In this document: positions 38,845 through 51,077 of the stretch, in pieces
Layout of the letters: each line of letters starts with the position of its first letter
How positions within the stretch are numbered: the first letter of the stretch is position 1
NCBI GenBank assembly: GCA_002189035.1
Contig: NEEC01000011.1
Location: 744,001-808,000, forward strand
Length of the DNA: 64,000 nt
From: Utricularia gibba
Taxonomy: Eukaryota > Plantae > Magnoliophyta
Direction of reading: 5' to 3'
Program-made: the position numbers and the translations under genes
Notes under the pieces: generated by a model
The model's input: only the letters and a program-made list of their open reading frames with translations
Database searches by the model: none
Told to the model about the DNA's origin: nothing

Positions 38845-39455
38845 ATGATAAAAAAAAAAGCATTTAATACTCTTTTCTATCTTGCATCTATAGTATTTTT
38901 CTCTTGATAGTTATCTCTTTCCTCTACTAAAAGTATTTGGTTACTAATTGGTCCAATATAGAGAAATATAAAATATTCAAGAATTATATTCATGAAAACA
39001 TTATTCTAAGAAAGTGCATAAACTCAGAACAAATCTTGTAATTGGATCAAATGATTAAGGAATCCTCCGAGGCACATCAATGAGGATCTTATCCATCTGA
39101 TTTTGCACTTCTTAAACAATCTATTTGTTTCATTATTCTAATTAATTATTATATTTTATGTAATAGCAAAATTCATATTATTAATTCTTGGGTTTTGGAA
39201 TTCCAATATAACTTAAGTGATATAATAAAAGCTATTTTGATTCTTTTGGTAACTAATTTATATGTTAGATTTCATTCACCCCAATGGTGGTAACTGATAA
39301 TTGGTTATTTCTAAAAAGATTTAAGATTTCACAATAATGATCAAACAGTATGCGGTTTTATTTCCATCTTTCTATTCATCCTCGATACTTTTTCAAAATA
39401 ATGGATTTTCTTAATATTAAATCATATATTTCCATCACTTGTGGTTATTGCAAGG
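38845..39455 (+). pseudogene. cemA: plastid cemA remnant (NUPT)
   Basis: M-x-KKKAF...CTATCTTGCATCTATAGT, TATAACTTAAGTGATA, GATTTCATTCACCCCAATGG, CATCCTCGATACTTTTTCAAA, CCATCACTTGTGGTT. Confidence 0.9.
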
Positions 39456-39676
39456 AGTGATATATAATGCTAAATTGTTTACCATTATTAATCTAGTCAA
39501 TTATCATGTTTTTTTAGTATCTTGTTCTGTATTATATAAGTATTACAAAGTTTCTATATATAGAGATTTTTTCTTATACTAGTCCAATAGAAGGATTCCA
39601 TTAAATAGTAGAATTTCGGAATATGAGCTATACCAACATCTACTCAAGTAGAAATCTTAGAATCATTGGCTCTAGC

Positions 39677-40452
39677 ATGTAGACTAGAAATACTTTTCCG
39701 TGGATAAAGGAAGAGATGATCTATTTCTATATCATTCATGATATGTATTCTAACATAGACATGCACTGCAAGCAGATATCTCATTTTTGCCTGGCAGAAT
39801 TTTGAAAATCCACAAAGCAATTGGGTGTAATGTTTGTGCCAACTTCCATTTAGGTGATACGCCTGTGGATACTGAGGTTCCATAGTCAGTACTTATGACT
39901 TTTATATACTAAGTGGTTGTTTGAATTAGCCCACTATAGTTGTATTTTTGTGGAGATGAAGTAAAACAAAAAAAGATAATTTATCTGTTCAGGTATGGTC
40001 CTACTTAAAAAAATATTCATGTGAAAGGTCCTAGGCTTTATCTCCATTAAAAAGTATAGTAAAATAACCTTTCTTCATTTCCCCCGATGCCATGAATAAC
40101 AAAGATGGTTACAATTTAATATATTTGATATATGTAGGGGAAATAGGAGAAAGGGTCAGATTATCCCTACCGAAGCAAGAGTAACAATATGGTTTACAAT
40201 GCTGAAGGAATGAGTAAAGTAAAAGTTCATGAAAAGAAAAGTAACGATACAAAATATCCATAACACATCCATTGAATGGACATTAAGTACTTGATATTAT
40301 AGGTCGTGGACCAAAACTTGTTGTTTCAGAAGGCAAGTCGATGAAATTTGATCAGCCATTAGTGAGTAATCCTAATGTGAGTGGATTTGGTCATTGAGAG
40401 AGAAATAATACTTCAAGATCCATTAAGTGTCCAAGATCTTTTGTTCTTCTTT
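39677..40452 (+). pseudogene. petA: plastid petA (cytochrome f) remnant (NUPT)
   Basis: ATG-x-x-ACTAGAAAT start, TGTGCCAACTTCCATTTAG (CANCH site), GGGTCAGATT, AGTAATCCTAATGTG, CTTCAAGATCCATTAAG. Confidence 0.92.
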
Positions 40453-41670
40453 CATAAACTGAAAAATCTGAGTCATTGCAAAATTAGATCTAAAATTAGA
40501 TCTTTTATATTAAATAAATTTATAAAACTAAATAAAAAGAAATTGTACAATGGAGTTAAGATCAATCACAAGGAGCTAAATATTTGTTACATGAAGATTA
40601 ATGCATTTTATCTCTCAGATAAGATATTTTTAGTCTAACCTAAGATGAGAGAGGGAGGTTTGAGGGCCGAGAGGCAGGTGGGAAGGAGGGTATCCATAGA
40701 GGGTTTCAAAAGGAGATATTTTGAGACTAGAATGGTATGGACGATCAAAGCATGCCATGGAGCTAAGTTTCCAAGCATTGATTTACTCTTTCAGTTTGAT
40801 CATTGGTCTGCGGGTGATAGGCTGTGGAGAGGTGAAGTTGGATATCGATGGAAGTAAATAGCTCATACCAAAAATCACTAGTAAAAATGGAATCCCGATC
40901 GGAAATATAACTGGAAGGGAGTCCATGGAGATTGTAGATGTTGGATATGAAGACATGGGCAATAGTGGTGGCTGAGTAGGGGTGAGTGAGTGGAAAAAAA
41001 TGAGTATATTTTGTAAATCTGTCCACAACAACTAGAATGGAGTTTTTGGTGGAGGAGAGAGGGAGACCATCAATAAAATCCATACCAATACTGTCCCATT
41101 GATGTGTAGGGATCGGGAGGGGCAGGGAAAGACCAGGTGATGCGGTATGATAAAAATGGTTTTTATTGCAAATATAACAAGAGGCGATCCACGTACAAAT
41201 ATTTGACTTCATCTTGGGCGAATAGAATATGCTGGTAGGTGGCTGTAATTCTAGAATGGCCACCTTATGGGGAGGCATGGTGTTGGAGGAAGAGAGTTCC
41301 TTGTATATCTTTGGAAGAACGAATGCAAAGGCAATTTTTATAATGGAGAGCGTTGATTGAGTCTGAAATGCGGGTAAGAGTTTGGAGTTATAGACTTTTC
41401 TTGGAGTATTGGGGAGAAAAAAGGGCATGATGCCTAACTAGAAATGATGTTGGTCATCCATGTAGGGGTGATGGTAGTGAAGGCGTGACAAGTGGCTGCG
41501 GGACAGGAGTGGCTAGACAACTGAGAGAGGGAGTCAGCTAACAATATTGAATCTCAAAAGGATAACCCATGACTTTTGACATTCATTTTTGTTGAAATAG
41601 GGTGCCGAGATGCTGCTGCTTCAGAAATTTGAAGCTATGGTGATCTATTCAGATGATAAAGAAGTGTTCA

Positions 41671-42860
41671 TGATAAACGAAAATTTCCTAATGTCATTGT
41701 AAAAATAGAAATTTCGTATCAAATAAATTTATAAGCCCTAATCTACAAAAAATACAAATTTATTGTATAGTGGATTTCGAGATCGATCACAAAAAGCTTG
41801 TGCTTGTTTTGTGTCTCAGCAGATGCAGAATTTGGAATAATAATGGGTCTTAATCTAAGCTCAAACTAACAGTAGTAAACAAATTCAGTAAACAAGATCA
41901 AGTATCGATGCTAAAGATAACAAATAATGGTTCTAACAAAGAGTAATACTAAGATGTCTCAATGGTGTGCAGGTGATATGGTACTAAAGTCTTTAATTTA
42001 ATCTATCATGTTCTTATACTCACAACTTCAAACAACCTAAGTCTATCCAGGTCATTCATCATATTTTTGGCTAAGATAGTCCTCAATATCATCACCAACA
42101 TTGCAATTAGGTCTACTCATATGCAAAGTATATAGAACTAGGTCTACTCGGTTTCATTGGTTCTACTCTACACTAATGCCTACTACTCCCGCCTTAATTT
42201 ATTGGTCTACCTCTAAATCAAGCATCTTAGTTGTGAAGTTACTTGTTCCCCTCCTTAGGTCTACCCATGGAATGATTGAAACAAGAACTAAGAAACAAAC
42301 ATAAATTTCATTATTAACCCTAGATCCACATCACCATGCTTTACCTTAAGACATTCCTAAGGTTTTAACTACTCATATATGAAAGATAAAACATGATATC
42401 ATTAAGATAAATTGAAGAGAATAGAAAAAACATTGTAAAACAACAATCAAAGTAACGAAATATCGAGCAAACTAAAGATAAAGTTAAGTGTTTTGTTCAC
42501 GATCTGCTACTGTTCACTGCCCGGAACAGTAGCACTAAATTGGGTCTTTGATGCTGTTCTTCAAGTGTTTGATCTTCCTTCTGGAGAAATCGACTTCATC
42601 TTCCTTATTTCGTGTTCTCCCTCCCCCCTCTTGGGGTCTGGTCATGTTCTCCTCCTTCTCCCCTCTCCAAAAATATCTTCCTCTCTTTTCTTTTCAATTT
42701 CCAATGTCGGTACACTGTTCTTGACATCTGTACTATTCCTGGCCTGAACCTACAAATTGTAGGCAGCTGAATATTAATCATGTCTCCTCCTTGTGTTTTG
42801 TGCCCTTTCGAATTGTGCTAATAAACTAGCTAAATGTAATCCATAATGCTGCTACTAACA
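41671..42860 (-). mobile_element. Athila-like LTR inserted in the gypsy pol
   Basis: TGATAAACGAAAATTT... resembles the 30334 terminus; possible other end ...CTACTAACA at 42860; flanks GTTCA / CTTGA do not form a clean TSD. Confidence 0.55.
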
Positions 42861-45800
42861 CTTGAAAGAATATTAGAAATCATAATATAGACATTTATTT
42901 AGTCTATATTATGTATAAAAATACAAATAACACTACAATTAACAAAATATTAAAAATCATAATTAAAATACATAATTTTATCATTAAAAATATCAATTTT
43001 ATAACATAAAAACACTGATGGAATGTGTGTTATCAGTTTAATACAGTAACGAGACCACTTTTGAACTGCATGGACTATGGCTATCAATTCTTTTTCATAG
43101 ACGGATGATCTAGAATATTTTTTTCCCAAGGGGCTAAGGGAAGTAGGCAATTAGATGATTATTCTGGGAGATTACAGTGCCTACACCGTGATCACCATCA
43201 TCGGTTTCCAAGGTGAACTCTTCAAAATTGGGCATGGTGAGGACTGGAGGAGAGGGATAGCAAACTTCGAGGCTTGGAAGGAGGCAATTGTAGCATCCGT
43301 CCAGTAAAAATTATCTTTTCTTAGGAGTTGGGTGAGAGCAATGCTAAGAAGACCATAACATTTGATAAAACGGCAACAATACCTGGTGAGGACAAGAAAA
43401 CCATGAAGAGAATTGAGGTTGGTGGGAGTTGGCCAATTTGTAATGGCAAGTAACTTAGTAGGATCTGTAGAAACTCCATTGGCATGTACAATATAACCGA
43501 GATATTCAATAGATTTCCTATCAAAAGAACATTTGGAGAGCTTGGCAAAACATTTGTGAATATGCAGCAATGATAATGTGAGAGTAAGGTGTGTAATATG
43601 CTCATCCCATGTCTTACTATATATGAGTATATCATCAATCAATAAGAACGTGAGTATATAGGGTGCAAAAACAGAATTCATAAGAGATTGAAAAGTGGAA
43701 GAGGCATTCGTGAGTTCAAATGGCATGACTAAAAATTCATAAGGACCAAGGTGTGTGGAAAGCCTTGTTTTTAATACATCATCATGGTGCATGTGAATTT
43801 GGAAAAACTTGAACGTATATCAAGTTTAGAAAAACAATTGGCACCATATTATTCATCAAGTGGATCGTCGACCAAGGGAATCAAAAAGCGATTTTTTACC
43901 GATATGGAATTCGTGAATCGATAGTCGACACACATGTGCCAACCGACGTCTATTTTAGGTACTAGTAAGATCAGGGCAGAAAAGGGGCTTTGGCTCGGGC
44001 GGATGAAACCATAAGTGAGTAACTAAACTAAAATAGATTCCAACTTGGATTTCAAATGGTGTAGGAAACAATATGGGGAAAGCTTGTTTGGTGTGATATT
44101 AGGGAGGAGGGGAATGGAATGTTGGATGGATCGTGCATGGGGAAGTTGGGAAGGAACTCGGAAGACATCATTGTATGTGGAGAGGAGGGATTGGATAGAG
44201 GGATGAAGAAATGTGAGTGCTGAATTGACCGGCGGGTCGGTTGAAATGGACCAGATTTGGGCCACCCAATACAAAGGAGTTCTATGGATATAGGAAACAA
44301 CTACGTTGGCTGAAATGAGTAATAGAGAAGCAGAGGGTAAAAAACATTGGAGATGCAAAGGGTTTGGAATCTTGATGGATAGTGAATACCATCTTAGAAT
44401 AATCCTCTCCAATGGTGCTGTGTTGGCGAAGCCAATTGCTGCCGAGCACCATGTCGTTCTCCCATTGAAATTATATGGCCAGAAAGAGAAACAAAAAGGT
44501 AATGTTGCATTGTCCAATGGAAATTAGGGAATAGATCCTGGTTAGGAGATAAGCCCAAGAGATTTGGTGGAGGAAGAATCTAGGAAACTGCTGATGCTGC
44601 TGCTATCGATGAGGATCAGAAAATCCCTATTGTTGAAATGCCCGTATATACAAAAGTGATTATCAGTGTTTTTCATCAGTGATGACATGCATTGAGATGG
44701 TTTCCTCTAGCTGGGAGGTATCAATTTTTGGAGGTGGGAGTAAATTCTCTTCTTCTTGTAAGATGGTTTCCTCATTGGCATAGAGAAGATAGATTTGTTG
44801 AGAGGAACAACAGTGGTCTCTAGAGAAAGGGGCACCCCACTTGATGTAGAGGTGTTTCTCAAGGCATTCACGAACCACCTCATCGAGGATATGAGTTCTT
44901 GGCAATCTAGGTATAAGACAGGGTTTTGAGGATTGAGGGGGTTGTAAATCTACTAACTTTTTAGTATGATGGTCTCTATGAGAGCGACTGAATCAATCTC
45001 CATCTCCTTAGCCTTCACAATGTGAAGAATCTCTTATTCAGTGTTCAATTGAATAAAGTGGGGTAAAGGCTAGTGAGTTGGGAGCAAAGGATTTCATAAT
45101 GCTCAATGTAATTTGCTAGGAAACTAGTTTGAGCAATTTTCATGAATTCACCTAGGATCTGAAGGGGATCAGAATCGTCAAAAAGTTTCAAAAAATCATT
45201 CAAAAATTCTTGTCAGCTGGCCAAGGGATTTAATGACTTATGACCATCTAACCATGCATCGGCAGAGCCAGAGAAGGGAAGGCTTGCATATGCCAACCAC
45301 GAAGAGCAAGGGATCTAGGTCATGAGTTGGAAATACTGATTGATTTTACAAGCCAAGATCTGGGGTTAGAGCCATTAAAAGAAGGGAGGTCCAGTTTGGG
45401 ACCATGATAGTGGGATGAAGGGGTGAAATTTGCAGGAGAGTTGGAGGGCAGGGGTTCTGGAATAGATGTAGAGGAGAGGCCCATCAGGTAAGGGGTCTCA
45501 AGAGGGGGTTTGTTGAATGAAGAGAACTCCAGGTGAATGGTTTCCTTTAATGAGAGAGTGACTGCTTGGATCGAGTCGGTCATGTATTGCTCATGTTGTT
45601 TATGAGAAGCCTCCAATGGTTGAATCAAACAATGAAATTGTTGTGCTTGTGATTGATGACAAGCTTCCAACTCCTTAAGGGAATCACTAAGGATTTTCTG
45701 GTTTGCTTTCAAAACTGCTAGGTGGGTTTGGTGTGCTTCAAGGGAGTTACGCAGATCCAACTAAGAGGTAAGGAGTTACACTTGGAGGGTAACCCCATCA

Positions 45801-45933
45801 CAACCTGGGTGAGGGATTAAATCAGCATAATCTGATACATCATCTCAAGGGTGGGATCCTTCCATAATGATATTGATGGGAGAGAATTTGTTTCGTCCCC
45901 TACCACGGCCACTCCTTCGAGGACCCAATGTGT

Positions 45934-45945
45934 GCTATGATACCA
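45934..45945 (-). promoter_or_regulatory. primer-binding site (tRNA-iMet)
   Basis: TGGTATCATAGC on the minus strand, 2 nt from the LTR end ...CTTCACA. Confidence 0.8.
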
Positions 45946-48292
45946 AATGTGAAGAATTGGGATCACTGGAGGAGAGAAAGAGAAGGAAAAGCGAAAATAG
46001 TACTTGATGTCATTAGTCTCATAGAAGGGGGTATAAATATACCCCATTACAAAGGATATTCCCTAAAAAATAGCTTAGTCCCAAACTAGTTAAGCAAAAG
46101 ATGGGATAGCAAAGGTTCTACAGATAACTGTCATCTTGCCTTAAGATGTCGGGTTATCCTCTTTTTGGGCTTCATCTTCTTGAGACTCGTCCGTCTTTGG
46201 GTTTCATCTTGAATAGAACTTGATTGGGTCTGTTGGATTACTAGAAGGCAAGGGGTGAACCAAGGGTTATGATAGAACGAAAGGAAAGTTTACATGTTGG
46301 AAAGTTATGGAAATATAGATGTTGGTGTAGTGGGAGTTCAGTGGTGAGGTTTGGCACCTTCTCTATTGGGTTGCTTGGGTAGAGACCGATACAACCTCTT
46401 TTCCCTAATTTCCAAGGTTGTCAACCTGAGGTTAATTGAGTGGAAGAGGATGTTACCATGTGCAAAAATGGTCATATAGTTAAAAACTCTTCAATGCTGT
46501 TTTATTATTGTGTTCATGTTCTTGGATCTTATAGAAGTTGTGGCTTGCTTTACTTATTGGATCTTGATTATGTGATGTCTTATTTGCTTGGTTTTACTAT
46601 CATGACTGCTTAAGCACATTTCAGTCCTGCATGAGCATTAAGAGGGTTCGAAGAGCATGGATCTTATGTAGCCATGTGCTGCTTTGTATGTAGTGTAGCT
46701 TTCTCAACTTTTATATGTTTTGGTCAGTATGGAAGTACTACATAGTTTGGTCTGTATATAGCTTATATAATATTTGGTACCTGTAAGCCCACCTAAATTA
46801 CTAAATGTAGATGACCCACAAATGGTTATATGTTACTTGTTTTCATTATAAGTACGGCATTTCTCTTCTTGTGCTATGATTTTATCATCTTATCATGGGT
46901 TAGCTTTCCATCGAAACATATCATCTAAAAATGATGGAAATGTAGAAGGTGCATTAAATAGCATGATTGAGAATAGCCTTATGTGTCTAGTGCTCTAGGG
47001 GCATGGTATCACGTTGTGGAAGCCATACGAGTAGGTGGTCATTGGGTCATGACACTATTCTTTGTTCATTTCATTATCTTATCTATATACCCTCCAAATT
47101 CACTAACGTAAGTTCAAGATTTTCCATTTCTTTCTTATTGAATCCATGCTATGAAGAATTAATGGAATTGCTTCATGATAATAATCAAATATTTTTTTAA
47201 AAAATAATTTCCTTTTTATGAGTTTCCACTCTCTAATCCTTGCTAACATTTAACTAAGTTGAAACAAAAATAAGCTTATTGTCTTCAACCTTTTTGAAAT
47301 GTTAATCCTGTGGTAACCATTTTCGACAAAAAATTGTAATAAGAATTGATGATACAAGGTTAACATTTTAATGTTTCAATCTGAAAATAGAACAATAGAT
47401 GTATGAAATTGAGCGAAAAACTAAAATGATAATAGCATGTGAACATCATAAAACAAATAAAGTCCAGAAAAAGTGAATTTGCAGCGCAATATAAAATAAA
47501 ATCCAAAAGATTTATGTTAAAGAATCTTGAGAAACCTTGGACTGAAAAAAAAATGAAAAGAAAGAAGAAACGTTGGCAAAGAAAGCTCCTCACCAGTTGT
47601 ATGTACCTTCCAAGTAGCAAAACTGAAATATAAAGAAATGAAAAAAAGCAAGTTTGCTTTGATTTTATTGAGTTTTTGGAAGTGAACTCTAGTTTTTCAA
47701 ATGGATTTTTGAAAATACACAAATATGATTTTATTCATGTTAGAACTGCTAATAAACACAAATATGTAACAAATCACTGTATATGAAAATGGATAAAGAT
47801 GCCCTTATAAGTAGTACACTATTTGATGGAAACAATGCAAAATAGAGTAAGATTGGTTTGTATGATGAATTTTGAGTTTGATTTTAATTTAAATCATGAT
47901 ATAACTACAAGAATAAAACATCATTTATATATTAAACATTTAAATTTTATAAATAAATGAAATAATTTAATTTAAATAAAGTTAAAAAATTTTATTTGAC
48001 AATACATTTCAAAGAACTTCATTTTGTATTGACAATTACACGAACCCAATTCCTATTGGTACGTTAGACTTAATGCCTACGTTGATCGGAATCACAGTAT
48101 GTCTAGATGCTCAAAACGAAGATTAGGTTTCGGTTTTTATGTGCTTTATGTTTGTTTTTGACATCTATGTCTATACAGTAGTGATTCATGATTCAAAACT
48201 TTTCAATTGGCGTATTGTGTTTAAATTTTCAAAATAGCAACTTAGATAATGATTTTTTTAAAAAGCATGATCATATTTTATTTAGTCCCTTC

Positions 48293-48385
48293 ATGTTAAC
48301 TATAATTAGTTATTTTAGTTTTTTGAATTAACTTTAGCTATAACTTCGGGTCTCTTTGTTAAAAAGTGAATTAATTTTGGTTATT
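48293..48385 (+). pseudogene. petL: plastid petL remnant (NUPT)
   Basis: ATGTTAACTATAATTAGTTATTTTAGTTTT...CTATAACTTCGGGTCTCTTTG. Confidence 0.75.
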
Positions 48386-48498
48386 TTAATTATTGCTTAC
48401 CATGTCTACAAGTTTTGCTCATTGAGATTTATGTCTATTCGTATTACTATATTCGGCATAGATATTATTGACTTTTTTCTCCTTTTCAAAAAGTGAAG

Positions 48499-48606
48499 AT
48501 GAACAAAGCTTTCCTATTTGGAATTGTGTTGGGTCTAATTCCTTTGGTTTGATTATTATAATAGCATATTTAAAATTCAAGATGGGGTGATCAGTTGGAC
48601 TTTTGA
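48499..48606 (+). pseudogene. petG: plastid petG remnant (NUPT)
   Basis: TTCCTATTTGGAATTGTGTTGGGTCTAATTCCT...GGTGATCAGTTGGACTTTTGA. Confidence 0.9.
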
Positions 48607-49050
48607 TTCCCAGGAGTCAAATTTCTAATTGTAGTACTAGTGACTAAATACATTTCAATCTCATTGGATCCATGACCAAAGGATCATCCCTTGTGGGTGT
48701 TTTTGGATAATGAATTCAAATATAATGAAAAATATTTTAATAAGGATATTAGATAAGATAGAATATGTGAATGAGATAGAATATGATTGATTTTTGAAAG
48801 ATGAAAAATGTTTTATTTATACGAGAAAACAAATATGTTCTGATCATTTTTAAATATAAATAAATATATAATAAATTAAGGATAAATATGTAAAATTAAT
48901 ATAAAATAAGAAGTTTACTATCTAAATCCAATATCCCATAATTGAAAGTTATCAAATTCTAATTCTAATTGATTATAAATTTTATCCAACTTAGTAAATG
49001 TGGGATCTTGATATGTCCATTAACATTTTCCATCTAATAATCTTTATAAA

Positions 49051-49136
49051 CACCGGATGTAGGATTTTAAACTACCACATTGGGTTTTGGAGATCCACAT
49101 TCTACCTAAGTGATTACAATAAAAAAAAAAAGAGCG
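49051..49136 (-). pseudogene. trnW-CCA: plastid trnW-CCA, degenerate (NUPT)
   Basis: GTAGAATGTGGATCTCCAAAACCCAATGTGG on the minus strand; 5' half interrupted by an A-rich insert. Confidence 0.75.
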
Positions 49137-49288
49137 TTTTTGTTTTATTAAAATACTGAAAACTATAAAGACAAAAAGAAAAGTATTCTGCTTCCAAAGA
49201 GAATCCCTGTATCCAATGGTTTAACGAGTTCATGCAATTTGAATCGATCGTACTGTTCAGCTTACGTGTTGCCCAATTACAGTAATAG

Positions 49289-49362
49289 ATTGGATGACAG
49301 GATTTGAACCCGTGACATTTTGTACCCAAAACAACTATGCTACCAAGCTGCGCCACATCCCT
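49289..49362 (-). tRNA. trnP-UGG: plastid-derived tRNA-Pro(UGG) copy (probably a pseudogene)
   Basis: AGGGATGTGGCGCAGCTTGGTAGCATAGTTGTTTTGGGTACAAAATGTCACGGGTTCAAATCCTGTCATCC; TGG anticodon; few changes versus the remembered plastid consensus. Confidence 0.85.
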
Positions 49363-50042
49363 TTATTTGGTCTAGGCTACCAGGGTCTTCATTTTTCACA
49401 TTTCTATTTACTCGATTGAGAAAGGATTGATAGAGAAAATTTATTTTCCTTTTAATCTTTTCGGTTTTATTTATTTAAATATACTAACAAGAAAAATAAT
49501 TATGGATCACTGTATATTTCATTTTGTATTCTGCGTCTAACTCTAAGTGGCCCTTAAGTACATATTGTTGGAAATATTGGATATTAGAGAACAAGTTGGT
49601 ATCCTACATTGCTAGTTAAAGTCATTTTCAACCAATTTATATATGATATCAACATATTAGCTTTGATGTACTTGAGAATGAGCTGGGTCTCACATATACG
49701 TAGAATTCTAATTTACTAGATTAAATTGGATTTCTAGAGGAATCTAAAACCCAAAAGGCTACACATGTAGGAGGATGTGAAAAACTGACCCTGAAACCCT
49801 ATTGCATGTGTGCAGGCTGAGTTAGACATATATATATATTATTCGATTGATTCTTAAAACTGAGATAATCTTATTGAAAATCCTTTTTAATCTTCGAGAA
49901 TTGAGAAATCCTTTAGAAGATCATGTTATGTAACAGAGGTTTTGATCCTTTCTTATTCTTGGTGTTCAATTTACATTACATATGTCATCATATATATGTT
50001 TTCTTTATGTATTACATTAAGTAAAAAAAGGAGGTTTTCTTA

Positions 50043-50173
50043 TTTGAAACCTAAAAGCATATCTCCGTGGACCCAGTACTAAGTACGCTATGGTTAGGGT
50101 TGTTAGAGGGGCTATTGAAGGAGATTAATCATTTTTCTCTCAGATTCATTGACATTCCTCTTTTTCATTCTAA
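50043..50173 (+). pseudogene. psaJ: plastid psaJ remnant (NUPT)
   Basis: CATATCTCCGTGG...CCAGTACTAAGTACGCTATGGTT...GAGATTAATC...TTGACATTCC...CATTCTAA. Confidence 0.88.
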
Positions 50174-50302
50174 TTATAATATCGAAAGGAATGAAAAACA
50201 TTAGAGATGCAATAAAAATGAATATCCGTCAAGGAGAAGATCTTTAGTTTTTTTTTCTTCGAATAAGATGGATTGAGGAAATAAAAATTAAACGGTTTTT
50301 CA

Positions 50303-50480
50303 AGGCTAAACAAACCAGATGTCCGAGTAACAGTAATTTTAATGTAAGTTGCATCTGAAATGATCCAAAGATGGTATTTCCATATATATTAATCAAAAGA
50401 ACCAACATAAGTTGCTGATTAGAATTCAGAAATTCTGTCCCTATTGTTTCAAACATATGATTCATGAGTAAATATCGGCT
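50303..50480 (+). pseudogene. rpl33: plastid rpl33 remnant (NUPT)
   Basis: GATGTCCGAGTAACAGTAATTTT, GGTATTTCC, CAAAAGAACC, AAATTCTGTCCCTATTGTTTCAAACATATGATTCATG (KFCPYC). Confidence 0.88.
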
Positions 50481-50853
50481 TTCATTCTCTGGGAACTCCA
50501 TTTAATTGAATTCGGAATATACTTTATAATCTGCTTTTGTTTTTTTTATATCGATAGAAATTATATAATGATAATTTCTATTTGATATAACTATTTGGGA
50601 TAGTATTTTATGATTAAGAAGCAATTTAATTTTGTATAGACCATGTAGTAATTTGGGATAATTATAATCTGGACCACACTATTTATAATCCCCATGTTGA
50701 AAAATGATAGGGCCGATTGGCGCTGTTTAAATGCATAAGGAATGGATATATTGTCATGACCTAGATTTAGGGCCCAAAATACGAGTCGAGACCACTGAAT
50801 TCTAGTTGAATTCTAGTCATAGAAGCTAAAACTCAAGATTTTTAACATACTAA

Positions 50854-51077
50854 TGGGTCGTTTGATAAGAGAGTATAAAAGATCTATACCTAAGTTTGCA
50901 AATATACCATTGTTTGATTGATTAATATACGTATATCAATCTTGTATGGTTATACCACTGACGTATTCATTTTTGGAGTATATGAGTGGTATATACAAAT
51001 AGGGGAGCTATAAGATACCACTCACATACTCAAACTTCTATCCTCGCATTTCAAACATTGTATACCAAACATTCTAT
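50854..51077. mobile_element. Tourist-like MITE
   Basis: TAA at 50851-50853 and 51078-51080; degenerate TIRs GGGTCGTTTGATA / TACCAAAC; absent at the paralogous site near 52775. Confidence 0.65.

Larger units (their letters stand above)
40630..46135 (-). mobile_element. degenerate Ty3/gypsy element (chromovirus-like, e.g. Reina/CRM); 3' end missing
   Basis: 5' LTR from 45948 (right end uncertain) plus PBS; gag LDLPSFNGSNPRSW; protease ILIDSSS; RT WHMCVDYR...YEFLVMPF...IDDILIYS; RNase H YEKELIAIV; integrase WDSIGMDFIDGLP...VVVDRFTKY...HPQTNDQTERVNQCLE. Confidence 0.9.

Noticed and set aside
46135-46450. Second gypsy element sharing the 45948 LTR in tandem
   Set aside because: The PPT-like junction is poor and no integrase or chromodomain frame is visible; more likely additional U3 sequence or unrelated DNA.
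47090-47200. psbE remnant
   Set aside because: Only scattered 10-15 nt matches, in inconsistent order.
48690-49020. MITE between petG and trnW
   Set aside because: AT-rich insert with only weak TIR similarity (TTGGATAA / TTATCCAA) and no clear TSD; plausible but unsupported.
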